Assembly (NCBI GenBank): GCA_036172245.1
Contig: JAYWIR010000003.1
Location: forward strand, 6,138,001 to 6,202,000
Source: Raillietiella orientalis
Lineage: Eukaryota
Reading direction: 5' to 3'
Length of the DNA: 64,000 nt
Under the pieces are notes generated by a model. The model was given only the letters and a program-made list of their open reading frames with translations. It searched no databases and had not been told where the DNA came from. This document shows, piece after piece, positions 36,441 through 51,400 of this stretch (position 1 is its first letter; every line of letters begins with the position of its first letter). The position numbers and the translations under genes were made by a program.

Positions 36441-39400
36441 AATGAAAACAAATTGACCTGTGCTTTGTTTCCGATGTTATACTTTCTGTTTGTTTATTCA
36501 CGAATGCCACTTGAAGATCTCCTCCATTTCATTAAAGGGTGACCGATATGGATCTCAAGTTCTGCTTTGATGCTGCATCATCGATTACCGTCCGAATATT
36601 TCTCCTTCCATTCTCCGTTTCGAGATGCTCGAACTCGGTCCACCGTGCACTTTTTTTCCGTGACGCATTTCAGCGCGGATGACGTCATCTCATCCGGAAT
36701 TCAAAGATTCTCAGCAAACGATTCCCAACATTTCCGACAGAATGCTTCTCGCGATATGAGAAATTTCAATTGGCCTTTTTCCCTTTAGGCATCGTTCTGA
36801 AAACGTCTGCATGCATATAAATTTGGACATGGTTTTGTTCATTCTGTGGAACCAGTGCGGTACGATGGAAGGTTGCGTCAATCACGAGCCTAAAAGTAAA
36901 AGAAATTTCCAACTTGAATTGGCCGGAAGAGACCCACAAACGCAGCATAGATTAGGCACAATAGAAGTTGAGAATGGGTCCATTCCGGGAGGGGAAACAA
37001 GTCCAGTTTCCGTATGCAGATTTTTTTTTTTTTCCCCCGATATTCAACACGAAATTAGGGGTCAAGGGACGAAGGTGGGATGCGATTCCACAATATTCCC
37101 TGCGGCCATTCTTATTCGGGATATCAACCGAAAAGGTCTCCGAAAAGAGCGATTCGACGAGCCTATCCCGACGAGTGGCACTTTTGAAAATACATTGCCG
37201 TCTCGAGATCGACTTCTCAGGATGAAACTCTCGAGGGCAGGCGAGACCGCCAGCTTCTGAAAAAAAAAAAAAAAAAAAAAAACAGTCTTCCTGCTGAATC
37301 ATTCAAGTAGGATATATTTGTTATTAGAAAATGATTGCGCAAATAGTTGAGGATTAATCCACAAGGCACTCGCTTTGTGCATCGACTTTATCGCGTTGTC
37401 GTCTTAAAGGAATGCGCAAACGCAATCCGTTATTTTGCGGGCAGTCAATTCGTTGCATCAATTCGATGTTCTTCGTGCAGAAAAAAAATGTCCTTTACAC
37501 GGAAACGGCCGTTGCACGGTGGACGCTTCTATTTGTTTTTGGTTTTCGATCCCAGGCATCGGATTTTCTCCCTATCCCAAGCGCGGGATAAGGTGTGGTG
37601 AATTCTTCCCGACTGCCGGTTAATCTCCCAATCGTTCCGAGATTTTTGATGAAAGTTTGGCAGAGCAGCAGCATATCTGCTCGGGAATGCTTCAGCATGC
37701 TCAGAAACAGAATGCTTTTCTTTTTTTGCAAATCTTAATTGCAAAATCTTTTTTTTTTTTTTTTTTTTCTTCAAATAGCAAGATCTAAGATATCTAAATG
37801 GGTATTACATTTATTGGAACCACGCAAAGCTTGTTGAGCATCATGAAATTCGTAAGATGATTAATTCGGAATTCATCACGTGATTATCAACTTCTGATGA
37901 AGCGCGATGAACTGACACCAAGCAGATTTGTACTTTCGTGATCCCTCGTGAAAAAAAAAAGAAAAAAAAGGAAGAAAAAAATCTTTCGAATATCCGCCAT
38001 TTTGTTTCTTAGTGTTGAGAACATCAATAGCAATGATTTTCGTAGAAACGGCAATTTATTTCCACGTGTTAATATCCGTATTAGTATTTTGTCATGTATT
38101 AATTTGTGGTCCGGATTTTTCAAACAAACATGAAAAGCATATTGCTAATGAGATTGTTTTTTTCTCTCGAGACAAAGGCTAAGTGATACCATTTGCACGC
38201 ACTTTCGAAAGCTGCTCGTGATTAATTGATCCTGAGTCACTTCCTTTCCCTTCTCCCTTTCTGGCCATAGGGCAAATCCAAAAGTTCCATTCCTGCTTTC
38301 CATTTCTAAACTGATTTCCAAAGTGAATGGATAGTTGTCCGTTTCGAGTTTGCGCTCTCTAAACATTTAACTTAGAATTTTCTCCTTGACATGTTTCTCT
38401 TGAGCTGACAGCTTCGCTTTGGGGTCCCTGGGATTATGATGATGATGGTGATGCTTCTTTGAAGTACATCCCCACATCCAACTGATCGCTTTTCGTACCA
38501 CACTCAGCACACAACGACTTTTCACATCGATGCTTCTTTTTTTCTTCTTTTTTTTTTTTTCGTACCCATTTGCACGTGAAATTTCGGTTTGCCATCATCT
38601 TCTAATAAAGCTGACTTGGTTGCTCTTCTTGCCGATGGGACTTTCAGTTCCCAATAAACTAAGAGTGCGATTATTGAGTTTTGCGCTGCCGCACTGTGGT
38701 TGCTTTTCAGCCTCGGTTTCTTCCTTTTCAAAACATCAGTCCCAAGGTTTGCCCCGTTTTCCTCAGCCAGGATACTCTCATAGTTTTAACACTGACTGAC
38801 TTCTCGAAAGTATATTCTGCCTCCCCTTTCGAGAGATTGATTGGATCTTTTGTTTCCAAAGCTTCTTCTCTACAGAAACAACCGAAAATCGTTTCCCCTG
38901 ATACCGCTTAACTGATTTCGAGTGCTTTACCATTATAAGGCTTCATTCACTCTGACAGTCTTCCATAGAGGTTTGTTGTTTATCGAAGTATTTATGCAGA
39001 AGATGTATCTTTAAAATAATGGATAACATTCAATGTCGTGTTTTGTTTTTGAACTGAGCAGCCGGAAATTTCACTAAGATGACCCCAGGATTGAACCGAG
39101 AAAAATGCAGCTGCAGATAAAGCTTTCCTCCTTCGTCATTTGCTCCGAATGAGGAAGCATGTTTCACTCATATGTCCCCGGATGTGCAAGATTCGTGTTC
39201 ATTTTCTCAGTACATTGTGGCTGCTTTTCCGAGAGAGCCACGTTATGTTCATTTTTTACCACATCCTGTACCATAACATGAGGGCATTGTACATTATGAT
39301 GTCTCTCTTCAGAACCAAGAGTGGGAAGCATTTTTAGATATTCTTTTTTGAAACACCGAGTTCCATACACTGCAGCTCTCTCGAGGAATGTTTATTTGAA

Positions 39401-42400
39401 TCTTTCTATTCATCCGAAGAGCAAATTTCATATTTCATCTTTCATTAAAAGGGGGATTAGGAACCGCTTCGGGATTCCCTCGGCGATGCTGGCTTCTCTC
39501 AGCAAAGAAAAAAATCCCCGTAAGTGTAGGATCGGCAGAATTTTCGATCCCGAGAACCACTTCAAGCATTTCTTTCACTGCTGCCGCGCTGATTATTATC
39601 GTAGATGTCAGCAATTTTCCACTGCGACACAGTATCTTTCACGATCACTATGGGTTCATGGAGGCTTCAATCATTCGGTAGGCTTCTCTCGGCACGATGA
39701 ACTCTGCAATCCGTTGCTTTCCTGAGTCTGAGGTTTTTTTCGTTTTGGTTCTCTTGCATTAAGCACTTTTGTGTTCATGATCTGCCGTCCTCATTTTGAA
39801 AAATTTCGTCATGCTTCCTTTGGAAGTTACTCTCTTTTATTTTTACTTGTCTCAGCATCTGCATGAAACGACCATCATCTGGCGCAAGAGAACGATGTGC
39901 TTCACAAATGGCAAAATCTCCGCTTTGTGGTTACATACACATGCACTATTTGAGCTTGAGCAATGACCATTGCATTTCTTCTCATACATCTGTGAATGGC
40001 CCAAATGTTCTTGGAATAAATGTATGCAACAAGAGCTCGTAAATGCATGACAATTTCTTTGAGAAGATTCATCAAGATGTGATCTTCCCTGAGTGCCGCC
40101 GAATGATACTAACACAAATATCGATTGAATCACAAAATAAACGATGATATTCGCTGGTTGATACTGGTAAACAATCATAAGTTGCATAAAGAAAGACTGT
40201 AATAATAATGATAATAATAATTCGAGCAAGCCATAATCGTAATTTTGCTTAAAAGTAAGCTATCTTAAAAGAAAAAGCGAAAGTCGCTCACACTGTGAAG
40301 AGACAAACCCCTGTTTCAATTTCAGTCTTTTTAAATGTGCTCGTGCATGATGAGGAATCCCTTACTTTCTTCCTCTTTGTTATCGAAATTTTGCACCATT
40401 TAGACGAATTCATATTTTTCATGAAATTGTCGCAAGTGATACGTATCACTTTGTGTTTGTTAACAGATATGCAATCGAGCGCTAATGGTTTATCCAAATT
40501 ATCTTCAGTTTCCTATCAAGAGAGCACATTTTCCGAGATATTCTCTCTTGCGATTGATTAGCCTTAGAACTGGGAAGTGTGAGATTTCTCGTTTCTTTCA
40601 ACTCTCCTCGGAAAAAGGGTTTCCTTGTGTGTGTTTTCCCTCGAACACGAATCCATTAAGAAACATGTAATCAGTAGCTTTTGAAATTTTGCGTAATCAG
40701 CTTTGAGTTTTTGTGATCAGCAGCTTCAACAGTAATTTGCAAATACTACTTACAGTGCAAGATCGTGGAAAGGTCACGTGCTGCGGAGGAGAGGACATAG
40801 TAATCGTGGAAGCTTCGAGAAAAATTTTTCAAAAGTTGTGTTTTTGAGGATGCATGGTGGTTTAGAACAAGTTTTTCGTTGGGGTAACAAAACTGGGAAA
40901 GAAGAATTGAATGATTCGGTTTTCAACTCTGTAAATATTTGTTTGGAGAAGATTCATATAAATGATGTTTTTTTTTCAAAAAAAAAAAAAATAATAATAA
41001 AAGGAGCATCGTATGCATACCGATGAGCTTATTTCCTCCTGTGGAATAATCTATACATCAATAATACCCTCTATCGCAGTCATCGCTTCTATCCCTCCCA
41101 TTTACAATCCCGAATAAGCTCCATTTCTTTGATGATTCGTTTGCTGCCAAATCTGTTAGATTCTGATCATTTTAGTTGATCCTGATGAAAATCTCGTGCT
41201 TTCTAAACAGAGATCGTGTGTGTTCGAGACACCTTCTAAGTACAAACAGTGTGATGAAACGTGTAAGCTAATTAAATGAATAAATGCCCAGCCACCTGTA
41301 TGCATTTCTTTGATGAATATTATTTAATTTAATTAGATCTGCACAACGTGTACATACATGCATTTATGTGTATTTAATGTAAACAATCTAAACATATCTT
41401 GTTCTTCGCGTGATTCCCGAATTCTCAAAGACTCTCGGAGATGACTATTTCTCTCGTGGATAACTCGAGAATCCTCAGAAACCTAAACAGTTATAGCATC
41501 GCTCCATACTTAATCTCTTGAAAGTTTCAGATTCATTTCATTGCAACGAGAAAAAATTGCCAAGTCGCGAAGAGAACAGCACAACAGGGTGGGGATTTTA
41601 AAGCATCGTATTTTTCGTCCTTGGAAACTCTTAATGGGGCAGTGCAAAAATTTGTGGAATTGCATAGTTGATCTAATGTTTAAGGTGATGACTCATCGTT
41701 GCCTGTTGCAAAAGGGATGACATAAAAAATAGACTTTTGCACATAATGTGCTACTATAAATCCCTTTAGGAAGAAAAAAATCATTTCTCTTCCAGTCAGC
41801 GAATCGGCTTTTTCTTCATAAGACTCGTAAAGGTCAATGTCGCCATTGTCTGTAGCAAGTTTCTCTTTTCTCTGCCGGCCCTTCCAGACCATCCGGATAT
41901 ACATGAATGCAAGAGTGGAAAACAAAACAAACTATCCGGATGTACAGGAGGTCATTTCGCTGCAAGAACGGCTCCAGAATAGCATTCCTCCGGTGCTTGA
42001 GGAGAGCAAGAAAACCTCGGTTTTTGCAGACAATACCCGCAAACTACCGGTCAAGCGATAAGCGAGTCGCAAGTGCACCAGTGCAATGACTACAATACAA
42101 TGGCTACAGTCACGTGTACATTTTGTATCCATGTACACTTGTAGATTTCTCATGCACATGCAAAGCTGTCACATGATTAATCAGTGCTTTATCTCTCTCT
42201 AATCATGCGTTCCATCCTCGGTTACAGGATCAAGGAGTCATCTGAGTCATCGTAACTATATAGAAAATAATTCGAGCCCACACCACATTCTGCAAAACTG
42301 CTGACTTATTAATGCACCCTGTGATAAACAAGAGCCCTGGAAAGAGCAGTCCAAGTTCTCCTTGAACTGGGCTTATTTTCACTTGAACGATTTTCGATAC

Positions 42401-45400
42401 TTAATGCGGAAGTGGGAAACGATCCCCTGCAACTCCAAATCAGACCTCTTTGCAGGATTTCCACACACTTCACAGTGCTTTTCCGATGACCTGCTTTGCT
42501 TTTGCACAGTGAGATGCAGAACTGCTTTCAGGTGGTGCTACCATGAAACAGACCATACTGAAACACTCGGTCAAGTTTCCTATTGAGTTTAAAAAGGAAG
42601 CATCAGGAAGCTTTTCTTCTCTGTTTGGTTTGCGGGACTTTTTTTTTTTTTGTATGAAATGCTTTTTTTTCGGAGAACTCGTGGTTTGCATGGCGGACTC
42701 GATAGAATGTTCATTTGTACCGTGACTCAGCCAAGATTTGCAGATGTCTATACCGAATCCATCGTGTAGAGAAAACTTCGTCCTATGTGCATATTTGCAC
42801 TTTGCAACCTCATCTGGTCGAGTGCGCTCAAATTTCGGAAGTTTAACCACACTGTACAGCTCACATCTTTTACCGGGGCGAAGTTAATTTTTCAAACAAA
42901 TTTCAATGAACGATAATTTCAAAACATAAAAGCAATTTCCAAACAAACATTATTCAGTCTTTAATTTTGGTGCAAATACTTGGCAAAAACCTTTTTGCCT
43001 CATTCGTTCTTGGTTTCGCCGTTAGTTTAAATGTGATGCGTAAATTATTTACTAAAACAAAAAGTTTATGTATCACGTTCAGAGTGTGAACCCTACTCAA
43101 GTATGATTCAAAATTCAGTCTCTCTCTTCAGTTCACAATTCACAATTTTGTTACGCTTCTGATCACACAAAACCCACATGCAAACACATTTCCCGTATTC
43201 CTGAAATAACTTCATTTTCATGGTTTTGGATTCGTACACATCTCTGTCCGCGTACCGTTGAAACGTTTTTAGAAACATATAGAATCTATCGCAAGAATTT
43301 TTTTTTTCCTTACGTGTTTGGTAATCGTGTGCTCATCAGGATGCATTCTGGAATAGGGGATTTTATTATAAGGCTACGAGTCGTAGCGACAGAAAATAAG
43401 GAATTACTATTTTCACTTCACTATCCAAAATGCAATACGACCTCTTCTGTGCTTTACGACTTTTATTATTTCATTCGAGAAGAACCATTGGCTCTTCCAC
43501 TCGAAGTATTTGAGTTATAACTCAGTTATGTGACTTTCTGTTCGACTCCTATATCAAAGAATGGTTCCATTCAATTCCTGTTACGCCCGAAATTTTGATT
43601 TCAACACTTTCAGACAACTGCAAGAGTAGCTTGAAGAGATGACTATTCCGTGAAAACTATTTGCCTTCTGTATTAAATACTGTATCGGAATGATAGCGTG
43701 ACACGAAATTTGTATCATTATTTCTTTGTACCAAGTAAGCTATTATTCCTTTCTGATGAAATAAGCTGGCATCTCGGATTCTTAACAGGATGATTTCTCG
43801 AGCTTCATGCTGCCGAAATGCATATTCTTTCGCATGTTACCTAAATAGAAGAGAGTAACCTATTTCACGGTTATTCTGCTATGGAACTGTAGTATTTACT
43901 ATCCGTTCATCAACATTACGCAACGAAATTTTTCAAGATGGACCCTAACGGTGCTCCTCGCTGGCAAAGCTAATCGGAAACTCCATAACGTTACTGTGAA
44001 ATTCAACGTTGGTTAACCATCACATGGCAAAAATGCCTTATTGACATTAATGTGTAGACGTCCACGTGCTATAATGATCACCTTTATCGCTTTTTTTAAG
44101 AGGGCACCCTCTTTTCCATGTTGAGTTTTTTCGGAACTGCCAGGCGCAGGAGCGAGAAAGACACAATGATAAAGCGTACCAGTTACCAGCTATAAGCAAT
44201 TTTTTTTTTTCTTCCAGTCATTACTTCTGCTGCTGCTTCATCCTTTTCTTCTTTCACTGTTCTAACATCTGAAGCAAGTGATCGTATCTAATTTTACTTT
44301 GTGTTTCTTAGGCTGAAGTAGAGGAGATGGCAGAGGAGATCCAGATGCTGAACAAAGGAACAAGAGCACTAGAGAAAAAATTGATGCACCGATATGAATA
44401 CCGAGAAATTTTGCAAAGATCTAAAAAGTATTTGAAAAAGGTATATGTTTTTTCAGAAATCTGACTCATGTTGTGGATAAGGCATGTCAGAGCTTTGTAC
44501 AACTCGTTTATTGTAGACTGATTCAAGACCTGAAGGAATTTCACAAAATCTTGAAAAATTCATTTTCTGTTGTTTGAAAATGCGACCCGACGGCGGTGTC
44601 AGCATAGTATAGTACAGCATTGAAAATACATAATATTCATATTTGAGTAAAGCAAAAAGATGGCTTCGAGAATGGAAGCAAACATTTTGGTTTCGTTTTT
44701 GTTTCACATGGCGTCAAGTTTTGTATAGTACAGCAGATTCAGAGAGCTGCCGAGTTTATTTTTTCAAGTAACTCTTTCTGATGGTTGGATTGCTGGAGTA
44801 ATGGAGCGTTCGCCTATCGCTGTGCAAAAAAGCATTTTCCAGTTTGTGCCAAGCATTAGCATTTCTTATCAGATTATTTACAATGATACTGAAGCTTATC
44901 TGAGTATCCCAAGGAATCTTTATCCAAATCAAGCATCATAAAAGCTGGACGAAGTGCTCAAGAAGCTTCTGCCCAAATACAAGGAAATTTTACTCGCAGA
45001 TTTTAGATGAAAATTTCATCATCGAGTGCAAATTATTTTGGGGAACTGAAACTTTAATTTGCTTCGCAACCGCCAAGTAGAGTTTGCAGATTCGGCAGCT
45101 GTGTTGCAATTTGGTTTCTTTCTGGATTTTACATTCTGTACACGTTGTCTGTGAACGTGCTTCATTTACAAGCGGAGGATCGGTGCGTTCGCATTCAGCT
45201 TTTAGATCATTCTTTTGAAAATTCCTCAACTTCCCAACTCATCCCATAATGCAAACTGTTTTTGAATTCTTAAAATAACGTTAAACGTGGAATCTGAATT
45301 TTGAAACGCTAGATTCGCAGCTCGCTTATGCTCACCAGGTGATACGATTGAGAAGACGTACCACACCATTTCACTGGAGCAAAATGGGTGCATTAATGAA

Positions 45401-48400
45401 TAAAAACGTCAGAGCAGCAACGCCAAAATGAAATGTGGATTGTGTGAGGGAAATCTGAACACTGAAATCAGACACCTGATTTCATCTTGTTCATGTTTCT
45501 GGAAGTTCAGTTTCACTTTCGTTCCGTTGCTGATAGCCTCCTCATTGCAGAGCAATCGCAATTCTGCTTTCTTCAATGCTTCCAAGCGACGGGTTGAGAC
45601 ACCTCAAAGGAAATGATCTCACTTCGAAAATTATAAATCATTGGGCTCTAGAAAAGGAAAGATTTCAATTATTCGCAACGGATTATCCTCCCTCCCCCCA
45701 TGAAATTCCGCTCCTGGTTTTCTCCCTAAACTTTACTCAACTGCAACTTAAAGGAATTTCTTTCTTATAGAGGAATAATTTTATGACAGCTCAAGAGAGT
45801 GTGATATTGAGAATGTTTTTCTTTGAAAACGTCGTTTTTTTGTAATTTAGTTTGAAACTTTTCGAGCATCTGAGTGCAAGTTTTTTTTCTTGATTCCATG
45901 CTTTGGAATTACATCGTTTCAAGGAATTGGAGTTGTTCACGTAATATAAGAAACCGAAATGGACATACAGAGGGAAAGACTCCAAATACGGGAAGAATGA
46001 AATCATTTATGCTCCTCAGAAACAGCTTCAGAATCTGTTGTTCACTCGAAATATTTGTGAAAGATAATTCAATCTCCTAAGGAAACACACATATTTTTCA
46101 AGTGTTCATCTCCGATAAGGAGAAAGTCAAATAATTGCACACAATGCCTGATAGAATGAAGCTATTTGCGCGTTATTTGGATTATGACGGTATCATACTC
46201 TGAATGAAAGTATTAAACAAATAATACTGATTGCAATGTAATCTCATTAAATGATATTCTGTTCGAAAAGTTCGTTGCATTCATGTGCTAAGTACTTGAA
46301 GTAACAACTAAAAATATTTAGTTGTAGGTGGACTTGTGTGAGTTTGACGGAGAAAATTTTGAAATGCTAAAGCTCTCCATAACTAATGCTTTCTAACCAA
46401 ATAGGAAAATATTGGGATGGCAAGGTTTGATAACTTCAATGTGATAACTCCAGACAACTGAAAAGTTGTCCAATCTAAACTCGCAGAACTTATAGATGTT
46501 TTTGCATTGATCTCCGGAGGAAATTATATCTTTATTCACGATATGAGTAGAAAAAAAAAAAAAAAAAATCACGTGAATGGTATCTTCACGTAGATGTAAT
46601 ATCATTTTCAGGAAAATGGAAAGCATCTCAGGGAGCTTTCCAAATTAGCATCTGATAGTAATCCGTTTTTGTGTTGCTTAGCATAAGTTTAGCCGTGTTC
46701 AGGATTTATTGCTTAGAGCATCTTCAACATACCAGTGAATGTTTTCTCTCTGATATTGAAATGAAAAAAAAAAAAGGAAACCCCTTTTTCTGTTATTTTC
46801 TGATATGGATTAAACTTGGGAAAAAATTGGGGAATGCTTTGGGGAATCAAGTGAACTTTCAATACATGACATCGCGAAAGTTCACGTATGAATAAGCTTT
46901 AGAAGCCACTGTGTTAAAATATTCTTCAGTTGATTACATATAATGTAGAATATGGATATAGAACCTATTTCAAGAACATAAACTGAAATAAATAAACTGT
47001 ATACTTTTTGTATAACGAATGAGTATGCGTTAGAAATGCATTAGAAAAATAAGCCGAAAAACCGTACTCTTCAAGGAATGAGGCATAGAAAAAAGCATAA
47101 GATAAGAGAGCACGATGGGAACGTAATTATAAAAGTCGATGCTCAAATCAATTTTACGAAATTAAGAAATAAAACAAAGGGTTGGGGAATCGAAAGTTGT
47201 CCTGTGAAAGAGGAAAGGACATGTCCTGAAAGAGAAGTGCACGTGGTCCTGAGATGCTTAAACCTGCACTGATTATTACATCTCAAATGCAGATTAATGC
47301 TTTAAATATTGATACAACATCACTTGGTGGAACATATGAAAAATTTCCATTACACCATGAGCAAGTGATTTCATAAAACACAATTTTGCACATTGTAAAC
47401 AACGGTGATTTAAACATTCAGCCAAGTTTCTCGACACAATTTTTTCTTTATGAATCTGCATGTCCTCTATCAGAAATATTAATTCGTATTTCGGTCAATG
47501 TTTCCATAAAGTCGAAATCGAGTGAAATAAACACAAACTGAGATATTCTGATTGATTTCTTAGACTGGAAACGTTGTGGTACTCAGATTTAGTGTTTCTG
47601 TAGGTCCACATGGCTGCTGTCATTTCCAACAGGGCATTTCGAAATCATAATACTGATGAGAAACTTCTTCCACTCATTTGCATACTTTACAAACTTTTTG
47701 GGAATTTTTCGTGACTCTGTCAACCAAAATCACTAGAAAAGATCGCGCAAAGCATTCAGCTGAGAATTTCAGCGGTAACTGCAGCAAATCTTTCAAAATA
47801 TCTAGAATCAATAGATCAAAGACTATCGTATTTTCTAATGCTCATGACGATGTTTTTGTGCTAACACTAATGTGATTACCTATTATACTTCAGAGAATAT
47901 GTCGCTCCGAAAGGAATATTCTTCAGATAAATCCTAATTCTTCTATCCAATATTCTTTTTTGTATGTGAAAATATCTTCGTTTCATAAAAATGCAATAAT
48001 TGTGCTTTTTAAGATAAGACTACCATTCTCAGGTAAACTCATGTAATACGGCATAGTTTCCTCTTGTTTTTGCCAGGCAGGGAAATTCAGTTCTAACGAT
48101 GCCTATTCAGAAGTGACAGAGGCACAGCCAGATGAGAAATTACTCTTATTAGCAGAAGAAGAGATGACTACTTGTAGGTCAGTAACTAAGACATAAATTT
48201 TCAAAATCAAATGTGAACAATCTAAGTTTCTCACAGTACTCCCACCCAGCTGAAAAACCGATTTTTGATCTGTAGAACGGCTATGCATTTCACCAGGCAT
48301 CAACATAAATACTCCACTTTTTGCACTTTGGAGGATCGATGAGAATAGGTTTCAGTTTCCGCTTGGTACAGAGAATGGATGTTGTTAGGATCTCTCTTGA

Positions 48401-51400
48401 AATACTGAAGGAAAAAAACACTGTCGTATATCATACATACTAAAGAGCAAAATTTTCGAGATTTCAAGTATTTTATTTTATTTTTTTCTTTTAAATGCTT
48501 ATGACGAGGTTTTAGGATCATTTTTTCAGGACTTGAAATGTCGCAATGTCGCAAAATATTCATTCAGTGGAATGTCTATGTAAAGCATTCTGTCTTCTAT
48601 ACAGATTTTTGTAATTTATGTAGATGCACTCATTATCTTTCTTCAATATGCTACCAAAGGTTTTATCAAAAGTTTTTTCTTATTTATATCCTTAGCCGGA
48701 AGAAGAAAGCGAAGATGCTGCTATCGCTGTTTCCAGTGTATCCTTAGACGTGTTATCTTCCAGGCATACGAACAAGTTCAAGCAGTTAGGGTCAGTATTT
48801 TTATACCAGAAGGCTACAGATAGAAAGAAATTCATACCGAATGCATTAGGTAACAAATAGGACAAAGCTGATTCCGTTTAGGGATGTATACACTAATTGA
48901 TTACAGTGGATCCTTGTTCAATCCTTCATTTCCTGATCTGAATTCCTATCGTGTGACTGAGTAAATATATTTATTTGCAATTTATTCCATAGGTTTATAA
49001 CAGGTATCATCGACCGCTGCAGGGTCGTGGCGTTTGAAAGAATGTTGTGGAGAATAAGTCGTGGAAACATTTACTTCGTACATGAAGACACCGAAGAGAT
49101 AGTCTTTAGAACGAAAGTACGAATCTTTCAATATACAGTTTATTCCAATAGTTTTATCCAGAAATCATCATTAGGTGTGAAGAGGTCATTCTTCATCGCA
49201 AGTTACGTTGGAAGACAAATGTCTATCAAGGTAGAAAAAGTATGTGAAGGTTTTCACGCTTGCACATACGAGTTACCTAAATCGTTATCCGAAGAGCAGA
49301 AAACAGAAACTGAAACGGAGGAATTAATACGGGATTACACATTTGTGAGTTTATTTTATAAACAGGCATTCGTTACTTGAAATTCCAATTTCGTGAAATA
49401 ATTCATAAGCACTTTTACCTTTTAAATGACGAAGCATTTCGAATATCAAGGGGAACAAACTGCTCAAGAATCATGAGGTGGACTAAGTTTGATTATGCGA
49501 TTCTTAAAACCCAAAGCTTATTTATGGGTTTAAGCATTCTTATTTATCGTTACAAAAGGATTCAATGCCACTGTTAAAACATCAACGAGCAATAGGCAAA
49601 TACGTGAAATGAATGTTGCAGATGTCCGATTCATTGAAAGCTTCGGTATGGATTTTTCGTTGAACTGTACGATGAGCGAATTTAATTCACTTAAGAAAAG
49701 CGGCACAGACTCAATGCATCTGCTGCTTTTGCGCGAAAGCAGCAATTAAACCGAGTGGAAAGAAAGTCCCAACTGCTTTCGCAAGCAGCTTTGCAAGACA
49801 AACGTCTCTCAAGGCACAAAAGATATGTGCAAAGGTTCTCATGGTGGCACATACGAGTTGCCTAAATCGTTCTCCGGAATATCTTTCTACGGAAATCGAA
49901 ACGCAACTTCAATCCCAGCCTTTCCTTCCTGTGGGTTTAGAGAAACGCAACGTCCAGGATGCAAGACATTCTCTGCCTGCCGGCCGTGCCATCTCTTCTC
50001 CTTCAGCTTGACACTGACTGTTTGCAACCCGCCCGCTGTGCGTGTGCCTGCCGTGTTTTGGCTTTGCGTGTTGGGTTCCATCGGGAATCGAACCCGCTCG
50101 AGTTTTCCGGACGGTCCGCTTTACTGCTTCTCGCAGACGTCCGGTTGTGTTACAAAATCAAATCGAGGAAATTCCACTTGCTTCAAATAAAGACGAGCTC
50201 TTCCAGCAGCCTCAAGCACGATCGGAAAGAGCGGAATCCATGTTGGTTCAAATAGAATCGGTAGGTGGAAAAAAAATCAAAATTCAAATTGGTTCACTAA
50301 TAATCCTGGAAAATAAACCTATCAACGATGATGACTTCATTCAGCAAAAGAGTTTTTGCTATTTTCTTTTTGATACCCCTGCTTTCACGTTTTGAAAATC
50401 TCTGCAAAGAACTCGTGTTGTCGCCTTACGATTTCGAAAGCCCGTGATTGTATTCACTCTCTTCCAAGTTAGTACTGATTGTGCTCGAAGGTTAGTTTCA
50501 AGAGATTCCTTATGTGGGCGTAAGCTTCCAAAAGATGGTTCCCCAAATCCTCTGATTCACTTTATGCTTGAAAAATGCAAAGTAATTGCGGATTGCTTTC
50601 AATAATTCATAAAGTGAAAATCATCGTCCACTCTTGATAAGAATTACCTCATCGTCATAGCTCAAGTTCATATTTCATCAAACGCTCACTCAAAGAATCA
50701 TGTCATCAGCATCCTCCTGTTTCGAATCGGAATTTCAAAGTGGTTTCCTTCTGTCGTTTTTTTCTCACCTTGATCTTAGCCAAAAGGCCGAGAAGAGATA
50801 TTTTCACCATGGAAGATGGAGAAGGCTCATTGCGCCGAAAATTCGGTAATATTCGCTGTTGGCTTGCTAGGTAAAAACTTTGGGTGCGGGGACAAGCAAA
50901 CAAGAGCAAAATACAAACAAGTGATTTGTTTTCAAGTAAGAATTTGTTTTGCCTCCTCCTCCCCTTCTCAATTTCAATTTTAAGCTCCATCTCACTGATC
51001 AAGGATTCGAAAAATTCAAGGCCCAATGCATCATCTGTTTTTCGATCCGTGTCATGATTACCGTTAGCGAAGCATCCTGGAGATCAGACTGGACTCTCGT
51101 TTTCGAAGGAAAGCAGAACCGAAATTTTTTCTCAAAGAAACAAAAAAAACAGACATTTTGATTCTTATTTTGAAATCTAAAACTATACTATAAGGAATAA
51201 TTAGTATAAACCAAACCTTTTGAAAATCGAAAGCATTGATAATTTGTTGCACATAGCCGAATCAAAAAAGCCAAACAAAAACAATTCATGAGAACGAGTA
51301 GTAAGCTTAAGAATAGCCCGAGAGAAATAATTTGTTTTAGGGTTCCTATTGCTCAGCTTAGTCGGTTTCTTTTCGAAGAAGAATGAAATTGTCAATCTTC

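Noticed and set aside
41837..42061. VFADNT motif resembling the RT catalytic FADD
   Set aside because: A single isolated motif with no supporting RT motifs in order nearby.
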